From IMG/VR virus record IMGVR_UViG_3300030202_001399: a stretch of 64,000 bases of DNA. One strand, written 5' to 3'. This document shows, one piece after another, positions 35,871 to 47,500 of the stretch. How positions within the stretch are numbered: position 1 is the first letter of the stretch; every line of letters starts with the position of its first letter. The stretch comes from an uncultured virus (IMG/VR IMGVR_UViG_3300030202_001399) (taxonomy: Duplodnaviria > Heunggongvirae > Uroviricota > Caudoviricetes). The position numbers and the translations under genes were made by a program. The notes below the pieces were generated by a model. That model was not told the DNA's origin, did not search any database, and saw only the letters and a list, made by a program, of their open reading frames with translations.

Positions 35871-36460
35871 ACGTTTTAGCCCTTGACATTGAAACCAAAA
35901 ACTACTCACATGAAATAGGTGGGTGGGGAAACACACACATGTTTCAAGTTTCTACTGTTTGTACATGGGATGGGAATACAGGAACAGTCTATATCGATGA
36001 ACCAATATCATCTATTAGAAAATCCAATGTTATAGTTAAACCTCTATCAGACTTAAAGTTTGATTTAGATAATCACCGACAGAACGATGGAATACTATTA
36101 GGGCATAACATTGTTTCATTCGACTTAGCAGTTCTAAAGAACGCAATGGATATCTACTGCATTAAAGAGTATCTAGACAAGAAAGCATATATCGATACCA
36201 GTAGAATACTAAACAAAGAGTATGGGGAAAGATACAGTCTGTCTAATCTTGTCCATCACACATTGGGAGCAGAAAAACTGATGGACAGTGCTGACGCTCC
36301 TTTGGTGTGGAAAGCCGGAAGGTACAGTGAAGTAGCAGATTACTGCCTTAAAGACTGTGAACTTGTCTATGACTTATGGATATACGGCAAAGAGAATAAT
36401 CTTGTAAAAGGATTCTCAATAGAAGAAGAAGAAGCAAAAGAATTGGAGGTGAAATGGTAA
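35867..36460 (+). CDS. DEDD / RNase H-like 3'-5' exonuclease
   Basis: 'LDIET', 'GHNIVSFD', 'YCLKD'. Confidence 0.85.
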   Translation: MNVLALDIETKNYSHEIGGWGNTHMFQVSTVCTWDGNTGTVYIDEPISSIRKSNVIVKPLSDLKFDLDNHRQNDGILLGHNIVSFDLAVLKNAMDIYCIKEYLDKKAYIDTSRILNKEYGERYSLSNLVHHTLGAEKLMDSADAPLVWKAGRYSEVADYCLKDCELVYDLWIYGKENNLVKGFSIEEEEAKELEVKW

Positions 36461-36604
36461 TGAGTCCTTATGAATGGTTAGGGTGGATTATTTTCATAAT
36501 CATCATTTCTCTATTATTCTTCGCTGCGTTCGGTAACAGCAAGTACACCGAATCAAACATCGAAGAATACATGGAGAACCTGATTGAAGATGAACGTGGT
36601 CGAA

Positions 36605-36742
36605 GTGGCACTCGCTAAGTTTTGCTTTCAGTGTTCTAGGGAAACTATCCCTAGAAGAATAGAAGGCAAAGTAGTCGGTTCTTCTGAGACTTTGCACATT
36701 TGGCAGTGCAGAGAATGTAAAGCATTGTGGTCTAGTAATTAA
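36605..36742 (+). CDS. 45-aa zinc-ribbon protein, not in the ORF track
   Basis: GTG start; CFQC...WQCRECKALW. Confidence 0.5.
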   Translation: MALAKFCFQCSRETIPRRIEGKVVGSSETLHIWQCRECKALWSSN

Positions 36743-36795
36743 TTTTACTAGGCCACTTTGCTTTTTTTTTGGTTTTTTATTTTGTCAATTTTTGA
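36732..36795 (+). terminator. Oligo-T terminator of the replication block
   Basis: CTAGTAA..TTACTAG hairpin followed by long T tracts. Confidence 0.6.
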
Positions 36796-37222
36796 CCAAC
36801 AGCATTGCACTTAAAGACGCAATTTATTTTTACCTCCTAGTGTGGAAACTACACTATGGTATTAGTAGATGACCGAATTATAAGTGCGGTAATTGAGAAA
36901 CCTCTAGAAATCGACACATCATTTCTTAGTTTTGGTTTGTTATTTCTAGTAGGTGGATGTATAGGATTACTATTGTGGGTGAGTAGAAATGAGTAAGAGT
37001 TACACGAAAACAGCGATGTTTATTCGATGTCTCAATGAGATTTTTGAAGATTGGGATGTAACTGAATGATTATATGGGAACTGTGTCACGCTCTGTGGTG
37101 TTGGAGTAGATTCAGACCATGAATACAGAGTTCGATTTGGGCGTATGTTTTTCTTGTGAATGGATTAGACCAATTGTATTTTCAAGACAGGGCTGTTTTT
37201 GTACTTATTGTGGGGCGTATAT

Positions 37223-37519
37223 ATGAATTGGTTTAGTATAGTCAAACGTAGTTTAGTAGATGAGGTCCGTGATTATTGGAAGGGCCAAGGAATCTTACAC
37301 GTTATGTATAACCGAAGTAAGTATGGGCCAGCAGACCCACCAAATTCTAATGTTAAGCGATTTTATGTCAATAAAACCGAGCCTGATATCCACGAACTTG
37401 TAGGGCATTTTAAACATGAGTCAGATGATGCTGAGATTATTTATGCCGTTAACAAATATGGAGAAGATGTATCTAACTATTTTGTTGGGGTAACTGAGTT
37501 TAAAATCAGAAAAAGGTGA
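37223..37519 (+). CDS. Hypothetical protein with MNWFSIVKR leader
   Basis: ATG inside the supplied ORF; leader resembles the MSWEDIIK motif. Confidence 0.55.
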   Translation: MNWFSIVKRSLVDEVRDYWKGQGILHVMYNRSKYGPADPPNSNVKRFYVNKTEPDIHELVGHFKHESDDAEIIYAVNKYGEDVSNYFVGVTEFKIRKR

Positions 37520-37523
37520 TTAA

Positions 37524-37802
37524 ATGAAACAGTGGCTGATTAGAAAGTTGATTGCCTTCATGGGTAACACATATGTTTGGTTGGACAAGAAGTTGGTTCA
37601 TCCTGATGGGCCAGTTCTCGGTTTGGAGATAGATGATGACTTTGCAGGTATGAGTAGGTATGAGTTGTGTTGTCATATAGAGGATAAGTTCGGGTTGGAA
37701 AGGGACTCCTTTTGGAAGTTAGAATCAACACAGAAGATTCGTTTTTGTTCGCAGACTGCGAGAAACATCCTGACACCTAAAAAGAAAGGAAGAAAGAAAT
37801 AA
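37524..37802 (+). CDS. Hypothetical protein
   Basis: GGTGA SD; converges on the tail module. Confidence 0.55.
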   Translation: MKQWLIRKLIAFMGNTYVWLDKKLVHPDGPVLGLEIDDDFAGMSRYELCCHIEDKFGLERDSFWKLESTQKIRFCSQTARNILTPKKKGRKK

Positions 37803-37804
37803 TT

Positions 37805-38353
37805 CTAAGCAGTTTCCCAAAATCCTATGTTATCAGTGTACTGCGAATATCTATTAGTAATGAGAGCCTTATATTCCTGATAGGTTAATGAGTTATCCCA
37901 TAACCAAGTATCTCCCCACACCGTATCAAAAGAACTACCTGCTGGTGGAGTCCAAGTCTCAAAGTCTGCTATTACTAGATTAAAGGTATCATCCTTGGCG
38001 CAATGCTCCCAAACTAGGTCAGCCACATCTTGCTCTAGTTCTATGATAGTGACAGATGTAACATTTGGGTTATCTATCAAAGCCTGATGTATCATGCCTA
38101 ATCCAAGACCTCCTATTAGCACATCACCTGTTGCGTTATCCCACAGCCATTGATGTTCATTGTATTCTGCTTGTGAGTTTTGCATTATTGGCATGGGACA
38201 AGTATTCTTGATTAACACGGTATGGTTGTCATAGGGTTCTGCCTTCATGTTCAGATATGTCTGCCACATCTTGTATTGTGTCTGTCTATTGTAATGGGCT
38301 ACTTGATATGCACCCGTTGACCCTTCCGGTATGCTAACTTCTATTCTTGTCAT
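37805..38353 (-). CDS. Class I SAM-dependent methyltransferase (spermidine-synthase-like fold)
   Basis: 'VLIGGLGLG', 'VTIIE', 'AD', 'FDTVWGD'. Confidence 0.8.
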   Translation of the reverse strand: MTRIEVSIPEGSTGAYQVAHYNRQTQYKMWQTYLNMKAEPYDNHTVLIKNTCPMPIMQNSQAEYNEHQWLWDNATGDVLIGGLGLGMIHQALIDNPNVTSVTIIELEQDVADLVWEHCAKDDTFNLVIADFETWTPPAGSSFDTVWGDTWLWDNSLTYQEYKALITNRYSQYTDNIGFWETA

Positions 38354-38362
38354 TTTATCACT

Positions 38363-38941
38363 CTAGTTGGTAAAGTTATATGTAATAACTTGACTGTTTG
38401 CGTTTGTTGTACCGTTGCTGTTAGTAGCAGACGCTGATATCACGAATGCTAATACATCGCCGTCTGAAGGATATATTATCCCTCCCCTTCCTCCTCCGAA
38501 TGTGAGAATACCATTCTTAACTATACCAAGTGTTCCAGTGGCATCTTGCGAAGTCGAAGCCGTACCGCTTACTGACGCTGTTCCAGCACTAAGACTTGTG
38601 CTTAGGTGTGTCGCTATGTCCCATGCGAAACTTGTTGCTCCTGTTGCTCTAATGTATCCCTTCACTCTTATGGTCGCTTGACCGGAAAGACCACTAAAGG
38701 CTTGGTCTAGTTCAGTCAAATCAACATCTACTTCGTCTGAGTTGCTACTGAACCCTGAACCATCAAACGCCATTAAAGCAAAAGCAACTGATGTTTCTTC
38801 TGCCGTTACCGCATTATTGTAGTTACCACTTGATGAGGTAGCGATACTAACTGATGTCGGTGCGCTACTACCACCTCCACCTCCACCGCCACCTGATTGA
38901 CCTTGCTGTGCGACTGTTCCTAAGACTGCTGGCATCGGCAT
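38363..38941 (-). CDS. Putative virion protein with a poly-Gly linker and beta-sandwich domain
   Basis: G8 tract; S/T-rich beta pattern; position after the fibres. Confidence 0.6.
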   Translation of the reverse strand: MPMPAVLGTVAQQGQSGGGGGGGGSSAPTSVSIATSSSGNYNNAVTAEETSVAFALMAFDGSGFSSNSDEVDVDLTELDQAFSGLSGQATIRVKGYIRATGATSFAWDIATHLSTSLSAGTASVSGTASTSQDATGTLGIVKNGILTFGGGRGGIIYPSDGDVLAFVISASATNSNGTTNANSQVITYNFTN

Positions 38942-38945
38942 GATT

Positions 38946-41900
38946 TCACCCTAATACTACCCACTCACTAGCACTGACTGCAATGCAGGTCTTTGCTTCG
39001 TATCTTGTAGTAATTGTTTGATTGCTGGTTGAGCCGTTCATTGTATCCGACCCGTTTGCTGCGATAGTTACTGTTCCCGTTGTGTTGCTGATGATAACAT
39101 ACTGGTCTCCCCTTTCGGGAGTAGCAGGTAGTGTGAATGTCATTGCACTAGTCGCCATTAGGTACAGACCAGCGTAGTCATCGTAGTCCAATGTTTGATT
39201 GCTGCTAAAAGTCCGTAGTTGTCCTGCCTTTGCTGCAACACCCGCAGCAGGAGTGTCACCGTGAGCGAGATTGTTAGAACCAACTGATAGTAGCCTTTTC
39301 TGACTGTCCTTGACTAGGATGGATAAGTACATCTCACCATCAGCGTTGCCGCTGGTTTGGTCAGGCACTAGAACTCCTATCCTAGCATAGTCCCTCAAAT
39401 CATGTATCGCTGTTTCGCTACCTACCTCTAGCATACTTGAGTCTGCACCCATGAACTTAATCATTCCAATATTGTCATCGTCAGCAACCTCGGTATCAGA
39501 AGTGTTCCTTAGCAAAGAGATGATTGGTGCAGCATCAGCAGAGGAATCAATATTAGTGAATACGAATTGTCCTAGCCCTTTCGCTTTGAATGACATCCCA
39601 ACATCATCCTCATCCGAAATCGCCTCGAATCCCGGCCCAGTCATACGACCTGCTCCGGCGGTGTTGTATGAGTTGTGAGTTACATCTGTACCGAACAGAG
39701 TACCGCCAGTGGTATCTGAGATACCATTCCATATCTTGATGTACGAGTTTGCATTTGCTGTCTTACCAAACAGTAGTTGCTCATTGCTAGAATCGTCAAG
39801 GATACCATGACCGTCATCAATCAGAATGTTCTGACTGTTAGTATCCAAGTTACCACCGAGTTGTGGGCTAGTGTCATCTACCAAGTCAGACAAACCACCA
39901 CTGCTACTAACAACGAGGTCAATTGTTCCATCAGAGTCCTGATAGGTAGCAGTAATGTTGGTTTCCGTATTACCTGAGAACATACCGCCTACAATATCTT
40001 GAACTTGCTCTGTTGATAATTGTGTATTTGTGTTAGTGGTGAAAGTTAGACTATTCTGCATATAATCTTGTAGAACAGACACATCCATCCTCTTCAGAGT
40101 TCCAGCGTCACTCAACACTAATTCATCAGTTGATGCTAGACCACTTGTTAGAGCAGTCGCACCTGTGATATCTGATACAGAGAAGTTCATGTCATCTGCA
40201 ACTAGGTCTATTGTGCCATCGCCATCCTGATACGTTGCCGACACTCTAGTTTCTGTATTACTGCTAAACATAGCCCCAACTATATCTTGAATTTCTTCTG
40301 TTGTTGGAACATCACTTGTATATGCAACAGTAGAGGCAGTTCCCCAATTCGTATCATCTTGGTCTGCTCGGTAGTGATAGATTCTCTTTGTGCTGTTCTT
40401 AGCGAATGCCAATAGGTTTGCATCTCCACCTGTATGTCCTGTGAATGTATCCAATACTAAAACATCAACATAATCACCAGCGTTAGTGGTTGAACCATCC
40501 TCTAATCCTGTCTTTGTTGAGAATCTTCCTGATATTTCTCTAATCGTATTTGCCAAGTCTTCAGGAGCAAAGTCCCTATCATCATCTGTTTTCAAGTATG
40601 GAGCGTGTAAAGTTCTGAAATCCAAGTCGAATGGGTCTGCATCTGAACCCGGAGATATATCAGAGTAGTTGATGTCTACACTTGTATCTCCACTGTGGAA
40701 CTTAATCTCTTCAGCGTCTGATATGGATACTTCAGTGCCATCATCATCTTCTAAAACAAATGTCATTTGAGTACCAACTAGGTCAATCGTTCCATCTCCA
40801 TCCTGATATGTAGCAGAAATATTTGTCTCAGTATTGCCAGTGAACATCGCTCCTACAATATCTTGAACCTGTTCAGTAGTTAGTGTGGCAGTGATAAACC
40901 CTGAAGAACTGTTATCATAGTTAGACAGGTCATTGTCTACTACTAAGTCAATAGTACCATCACCATCTTGATATGTAGCGGTAATCAGAGTTTCCGTGTT
41001 CGATGAGAACATTCCTCCTGCAATATCTTGTACTTGCTCATTGGAAAGTTGCGTGTTTGTGTTTGTCGTGAACGTTAGATTGTTTTGCATGTATGTCTTT
41101 AGTCTAGACATTGTTGCCTTTCTGTTAGTGCCACCTGCACCATCATCAACTATCATTAGGTCAGCATCCACTAACGCTGCATTAATGTCAGTCATCCCGT
41201 CAATATCCAAACCAACAGTAACAGTATCCGTAGACCCTACTACTGTGGCAATTCCATCTCCACCCGCTATGTCTAATGTGTTACCATGAGCGATGGTTTG
41301 GTTGCTACCGGAATCACCTGTCAATGTGAACGTAGTCAATTGGTTAGTGTTATCATTTGCAGTCATATCATCTACAACTAAGTCTATCGTACCATCACCG
41401 TCTTGGTAAGTCGCACTTATTCTAGTCTCAGTATTAGAACTAAACATAGCCCCGACTATATCCTGAACCTGTTCCGTAGACAACTGAGTGTCAGATAACT
41501 GACTAGTTAGAGCAACTGTTCCAGTAGCATCCGGTAGAGTGATTGTTCTATCAGCAGTAGGGTCAGTAATAGTTAGTGTTGTCTCATTAGTATCAGAAGT
41601 AGCACCCTCAAACACAATTGCGTTTGCTGCCTCCATAGTTACAGTATCAACAGTCGTTGTTGTTCCAGCGACATTCAGGTTAGGAACAAGTAATGTTCCT
41701 GTGCTTGGGTTATATCTCAAAGCACCAGTGTCATCCAGTAAACCATTTGACTCATTATGGAATACAACAGGGAAGTTAGTATTCGCAGTGCTATCTGTTA
41801 CTGTTACAGTTGTTGCTACTGCGGCAGTCCCGCTAGTGTTCTGATTACCAGCAGTGTTAACTCCGGGTAGATTTATGTTTGCAGTTCCGTCAAAACTAAC

Positions 41901-44534
41901 ACCACCGATGTTCCTTGCTGTTTCAAGTGCGGTTGCAGTGGCTGCGTTACCTGTTGTATCTTGATTAAGAGTTCCTACAACTAAGTCTATTGTACCGTCT
42001 GCATCTTGATAGGTTGCTGTAATACCCGTTTCAGTATTGCTACTAAACATTCCACCTGCTATATCTTGAACCTGTTCTGTGCTTAATTGAGTGTTAGTAT
42101 TGGTTGTAAATGTCAGGTTATTTTGCATGTAGGTTTTCAGTCTACTCATTGTTGCCTTGCGATTCGTTCCTCCTGCTCCGTCATCTACAATCATCAAATC
42201 AGCGTCAACTAATGCAGCGTTGATATCCGTCATGCCATCTATGTCTAGACCAACTGTTACTGTATCTGTTGACCCAACAACGGTTGCTATACCATCTCCA
42301 CCAGCGATGTCTAGTGTATTTCCATGTGCTATCGTTTGATTGCTTCCTGAATCTCCTGTTAGAGTGAATGTTGTGAGTTGGTTGGTGTTAGCCGTCATGT
42401 CATCCACTACCAAGTCGATAGTGCCATCTCCATCTTGGTAGGTAGCAGATATTCTTGTTTCCGTGTTGGATGAGAACATAGCCCCAACGATGTCCTGTAC
42501 TTGTTCATCTGACAGTTGGGTGTTGGTATCTGCTGTCATATCGTCTACAACGAGGTCAATAGTACCGTCACCATCTTGATACGTTGCACTTATTCTTGTC
42601 TCTGTGTTTGAACCAAACATCGCACCTACGATGTCTTGAACATTCTCAGTAGACAATTGTGTATTGGTATCTGTTGCTGCGATAGTTACCGTATCACTGG
42701 ATGCGTTTGTCGTCAGTGTAACATTAGAACCCGCAGCAAAAGTAAGAGTATCTGTTGCTGAATCTGCTACGACATTATCTTGCCCACTAACGGCTATCGT
42801 CTTGAATGCTTCACTCGCACCTGACGATGCGGCTGCTGCTATCGTAACTGCTCCACCTGATTCTGATATTGTGATATTGCTACCTGCTGTAAAAGCAAGA
42901 GTTTCGTTTGAAGCAAGAGTGTTGCCACCAGCAGTGACTGGTCTGAAGGTATTCGTATCAGATACAGAATTAGTGATTGTTACTGCACCACCGCTTTCAG
43001 AGATAGTGATTCCAGTTCCGGCAGTAAAGGCTAGGGTTTCTCCGTTTGCTAATGTGTTACCGCCAGCAGTTACAGTTCTAGGTGCAGTCAGATAAGATTG
43101 CAAATCACTGATTTGTGATTCAGTTATTGAAAGAGCAGCCTGATGCTGTGTGACGTTACTCTCTGCTACTCTTGCATCTGCAAATGTACCTGATGTTATC
43201 TTACTCGTAGCAAGATTTGGTATATCGCTTGCTGAAAGTCCATCATCGAGTATGTTTATTTCCGCTAGTGAAGCAGTGATACCTAGATTGGTCAGAGCGT
43301 TTCCTTGTTGTGTAGAGTTTAGTCCTTGGTTACTAACATCAACTCTCAGTCTGTTTCCTAGTGAAGTAGCAGTTGTTGTAGAGAAGGAGGCATCGTCACC
43401 AAGAGCAGCAGCAAGTTCGTTTAAGGTATTGAGAGCAGATGGTGCTGAGTCTACAAGTGATGCAAGTTCATTATCCACATATGCCTTTACCGACTGTTGA
43501 CTAGCAGCAGCAGTAGCACTGTTAGAACTCATGTTATCTTGGTCTAGAAGAGTTAACTGTGTATTGGTATCAGTTGAGGCAATAGTGACTGCTCCTCCGC
43601 TTTCTGTTATTGTCACATTAGAACCAGCAGTGAAGGCTAATGTCTCTGAACCTCCTAATGTATTACCACCTGCTGTCACAGTTCGGAATGTGTTTGTATC
43701 TGCTGTCATGTCATCTACGACTAAATCAATAGTCCCATCTCCGTCCTCATAGGTTGCAGATATCCTAGTCTCTGTATTGGAAGTGAACATAGCACCGACA
43801 ATATCCTGCACTTGTTCGGTGGTTAGTTGGGTATCAGAAAGAGAAATAGTACCGTTACTAGAGGGAATCGTAAGGTCACTAATCACATTGTTATCGCTAC
43901 CAACAAAAGATAGAGTTGCTCCACTTGATGCTGCTGCTCCGGTTGTTACTCTAAGGTTAGTAGTAGTTGCTCCAACTAGTTGAACACTGTTAGCAAGCGT
44001 CTTATCTCCTGTGGCGTTCAAGTCTATTGTTCCATCACTATCCTCATATGTTGCCGAGATACCTGTCTCTGTATTAGAGGAAAACATTCCTCCAACTATA
44101 TCTTGAACGTTCTCAGTAGTGAGAATAGTATCAGTGGTGAATGTAAGGTTGCTCTGCATGTAAGATTGTAGCACACTGACATCCATTCTCTTCAATGTAC
44201 CAGCATCACTGAGAACCAATTCATCAGTAGAAGCAAGTCCACTTGTCAGTGCTGTTTGTCCTGTGATATCTCCTACAACGAAGTTAGATGCTCCTGAAGT
44301 AACGAAGTTTTGTGCGGCTATGTAATCGAAAACCGCATCACCAGTGACTAGGTTAGCATTACCATCAGCGACTGAGCCAGTTGTTGCGGCTATCGTGGAA
44401 TCGAATGACAAAGTACCATCATCATTGATTGTAATTGTCTTAGTAGAGTTATCAGCACCAGTGACTTCTATCTTTGGTTTTGCACTCTGTCCTGTGTTTG
44501 GTGTAATTAGAATGTCCTTATCTGAGTTAGCCAT
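38946..44534 (-). CDS. Long repeat-rich tail fibre/adhesin (1862 aa)
   Basis: Many 'TQLSTEQVQDIVGAMFSSNTETRISATYQDGDGTIDLVV' repeats; 'APSALNTLNELAAALGDD' fibre motif. Confidence 0.85.
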   Translation of the reverse strand: MANSDKDILITPNTGQSAKPKIEVTGADNSTKTITINDDGTLSFDSTIAATTGSVADGNANLVTGDAVFDYIAAQNFVTSGASNFVVGDITGQTALTSGLASTDELVLSDAGTLKRMDVSVLQSYMQSNLTFTTDTILTTENVQDIVGGMFSSNTETGISATYEDSDGTIDLNATGDKTLANSVQLVGATTTNLRVTTGAAASSGATLSFVGSDNNVISDLTIPSSNGTISLSDTQLTTEQVQDIVGAMFTSNTETRISATYEDGDGTIDLVVDDMTADTNTFRTVTAGGNTLGGSETLAFTAGSNVTITESGGAVTIASTDTNTQLTLLDQDNMSSNSATAAASQQSVKAYVDNELASLVDSAPSALNTLNELAAALGDDASFSTTTATSLGNRLRVDVSNQGLNSTQQGNALTNLGITASLAEINILDDGLSASDIPNLATSKITSGTFADARVAESNVTQHQAALSITESQISDLQSYLTAPRTVTAGGNTLANGETLAFTAGTGITISESGGAVTITNSVSDTNTFRPVTAGGNTLASNETLAFTAGSNITISESGGAVTIAAAASSGASEAFKTIAVSGQDNVVADSATDTLTFAAGSNVTLTTNASSDTVTIAATDTNTQLSTENVQDIVGAMFGSNTETRISATYQDGDGTIDLVVDDMTADTNTQLSDEQVQDIVGAMFSSNTETRISATYQDGDGTIDLVVDDMTANTNQLTTFTLTGDSGSNQTIAHGNTLDIAGGDGIATVVGSTDTVTVGLDIDGMTDINAALVDADLMIVDDGAGGTNRKATMSRLKTYMQNNLTFTTNTNTQLSTEQVQDIAGGMFSSNTETGITATYQDADGTIDLVVGTLNQDTTGNAATATALETARNIGGVSFDGTANINLPGVNTAGNQNTSGTAAVATTVTVTDSTANTNFPVVFHNESNGLLDDTGALRYNPSTGTLLVPNLNVAGTTTTVDTVTMEAANAIVFEGATSDTNETTLTITDPTADRTITLPDATGTVALTSQLSDTQLSTEQVQDIVGAMFSSNTETRISATYQDGDGTIDLVVDDMTANDNTNQLTTFTLTGDSGSNQTIAHGNTLDIAGGDGIATVVGSTDTVTVGLDIDGMTDINAALVDADLMIVDDGAGGTNRKATMSRLKTYMQNNLTFTTNTNTQLSNEQVQDIAGGMFSSNTETLITATYQDGDGTIDLVVDNDLSNYDNSSSGFITATLTTEQVQDIVGAMFTGNTETNISATYQDGDGTIDLVGTQMTFVLEDDDGTEVSISDAEEIKFHSGDTSVDINYSDISPGSDADPFDLDFRTLHAPYLKTDDDRDFAPEDLANTIREISGRFSTKTGLEDGSTTNAGDYVDVLVLDTFTGHTGGDANLLAFAKNSTKRIYHYRADQDDTNWGTASTVAYTSDVPTTEEIQDIVGAMFSSNTETRVSATYQDGDGTIDLVADDMNFSVSDITGATALTSGLASTDELVLSDAGTLKRMDVSVLQDYMQNSLTFTTNTNTQLSTEQVQDIVGGMFSGNTETNITATYQDSDGTIDLVVSSSGGLSDLVDDTSPQLGGNLDTNSQNILIDDGHGILDDSSNEQLLFGKTANANSYIKIWNGISDTTGGTLFGTDVTHNSYNTAGAGRMTGPGFEAISDEDDVGMSFKAKGLGQFVFTNIDSSADAAPIISLLRNTSDTEVADDDNIGMIKFMGADSSMLEVGSETAIHDLRDYARIGVLVPDQTSGNADGEMYLSILVKDSQKRLLSVGSNNLAHGDTPAAGVAAKAGQLRTFSSNQTLDYDDYAGLYLMATSAMTFTLPATPERGDQYVIISNTTGTVTIAANGSDTMNGSTSNQTITTRYEAKTCIAVSASEWVVLG

Positions 44535-47500
44535 TAGTATTCAACCTCCATCTTTCCGACATCCTTTCTCTCACCGTGTATTATGTAGAAGCAGTCAATG
44601 CCCTCATCTGCTGCATTAGCCACGAACACTTGGTTGTCTTCTATCTTTTCTACGAAGAGCATTTGGAAATCGCCGTTTGGAGTCAATTGTACTGTTATTG
44701 TATCTTCATCGACTAGTTCTGTCCAATACTCAGGAAGTTGTATTACATCTCCTTCTAATCTGCCTCTATGATACACCCCATGTTCCGGCCCTTCAAGAGA
44801 ACCATGTTGTAGTGTCTTTCCTTCTTTTGTTGGATGTGGAATTACGAAAGACTTGGTTGTAGCACCGAATGAGCCATTGACTTGTAGTTTGAATCCCGGT
44901 GAGGTTGTTCCAATACCTACTCTTGTATTCGTGGAGTCAACGTGTAATGCATCCGTATCAACTGTCATGTCCCCTGATACAGTAAGTGAAGATAGTGTTC
45001 CAACGCTTGTTATTCCTGATTGTGCTGCATCTACATTTAGTGTATCGCCACTTAATGTCAATCCAGTTCCAGCAGTTAGGTTAGTATCATCCGAGATGTC
45101 TATTGGGTCTACTGTAATTGCCTGACCACTGATACTCAGATAGTTTCCACTACCTGTGAGTGTGACGTTAGTGGAGTTATCTGTTCCAGCCGCATCAACA
45201 CCTAATGCAGTTCTTGCGGCAGATGCTGAAGTAGCCCCAGTTCCTCCCAGTGAGAGAGGCACAGTTCCAGCAGTGATTGCCTGTCCTGATAAACTGAGAT
45301 AGTTGTTTGATACAGTCGCAAGAGTCACATTCGTTGAGTTGTCTGTTCCTGCGACATCCACATTCAAGTTAGTTCTAGCATTAGATTGCTGTGTTCCACT
45401 AAGTCCCTGTGAAGCGGTATCTACTCTGAGTCTATTACCTAATGCAGTAGTAACTGTTGAAGAAAAAGTAGCATCGTCATTTATCGCTGCTGCTAATTCG
45501 TTGAGTGTATTCAATGCACCCGGAGCAGAATCTACTAGACTTGCTACCTCAGTATCGACATAAGCCTTGATTGATTGTTGGGTAGCAAGATGTGTTGCTG
45601 AGTTAGAAGCCATATTGTCTTCGTCTTTTACTGGAACTACGAAGTCAAGCGTTCCATCTCCGTCTTCATATGTGACACTAATGAATGTCTCAGTGTTACC
45701 TGTAACCATTCCACCTACGAAGTCTTCTACTTGCTCTTGAGACAATTGCGTATTGGTGTTAGTAGAACTGAAATCCAGTTTACCGTTTGTGTCATCATAA
45801 GTTACAGTAATGTTGGTCTCAGTATTACTGCTTACCATAGCACCTACGATATCTTCAACTTGTTCTGTTGTTAACTGAGTGTTCGTATCTGTGGATGCTA
45901 TTGTTAGTGTACCACTTGCGTCATCATATGTTTTGCTTATATTTGAACCAGCGACAATTACACCATTAACAAAATCCTCTACTTGCTCTTGAGTTAGTTG
46001 CGTATTAGTGTCAGTGCTTACAAAGTTTAGTTTGCCTCCTGTATCGTCATATGTCACTGAGATATTTGTCTCGGTGTTGCTACTTACCATTGCCCCTACT
46101 ATATCTTGTACTTGTTCTGTTGAGAGTTGCGTATTAGTGTCGGTAGATGCGATTGTAACTGCACCCGCACTTTCAGATATCGATATATTAGAGCCAGCAG
46201 TGAATGCAAGTGTCTCACTGTTCGCTAGTGTGTTTCCACCTGCTGTAATGCTTCTAGGTGCGGTTAAGTATGATTGAAGGTCGCTTATCTGAGACTCAGT
46301 AATAGATAATGCTGATTGGTGTTGAGTTACACTTCCTTCAGATATCCTTGCATTTGCAAATGTTCCTGAAGTAATTTTACTAGCAGCGAGGCTTGGTATC
46401 CTTGCTGTGCCTAACGTACCGCTTGTTATCTTGGAAGCAGCGAGGCTTGGTATGTCACTTGCAGATAGCCCGTCATCTAGGATGTTTATCTCTGCTAGGC
46501 TTGCAGTTATTCCCAAGTTTGTTATTGCATTACCTTGTTGTGTAGCAGTTAGTCCCTGACTGTTGGTATCTACTCTAAGCCTATTACCTAATGAAGTAGA
46601 AGTGGTAGTTGCAAAGTTAGCGTCATCTCCTAGAGCAGCAGCCAACTCATTCAGTGTATCTAAAGCAGCCGGAGCAGAGGAAATCACTCCTGCCACTTCT
46701 GCGTCAACGTATGCTTTTATTGACTGCTGACTGGCTACCTTTGTTGCTGAGTTAGATGCCATATTATCTTCATCTAACAAGTCAGATGAGATTGAGTAGT
46801 TGTTAGCACTAGCAGCAATACCGTTTAGTTTCGTGTGGTCAGCATCTGTGAATACGTTTGAGTCTGATGCAGATTCAACTAGAGTCCTAATTTCTGCGGC
46901 AGTTTGGTCAGCAGTAGCAGCAGTTTCAATCCCTGCTAGTTTGTCAAACTGGTCATCAGTCATTAAACCATGAGCAGAGGTTGTTGCATCGGGTATCGTT
47001 GCTGTTATTGTAGAAGAGTCAGTCTTTGTCAGAGTCAAAGTATTGCCACTGTATGACACTGCATTGATAGGTTGTGTAGTGCTATCAATGATTATTCTCT
47101 CGTTTATTCTACTAACAGTTATACTTCCACTGCCTTCAAAGTTTACAGAAGTAAAACTGCCGTCTGTTCCAGTGAGTTTCAATCTCTTTGTGTTATTGAC
47201 TCCTGTATCCTCCACACTGAATGCATATTGTGTATCGTTTGCATCAAATGAAACTAAATCGACATAACTCTTCACAGCCTTTGCAGATGGGACAGTATCA
47301 TGGCTACCACTTACAGCAGTGATATCTGTATCTAGAGCAGTTATACCTGCAAGGTCTGCAATAGTAGCAGACGTAGTTAGATAGTTACCAGCCGCTTGTT
47401 TTGCATTTAGTTGAGTCTGTATTGCAGATGTTACACCATCCAAGTATCCAATTTCAGCAGCAGATACACCAGTCACACCATCTAGTATGTTTAGTTCTGC

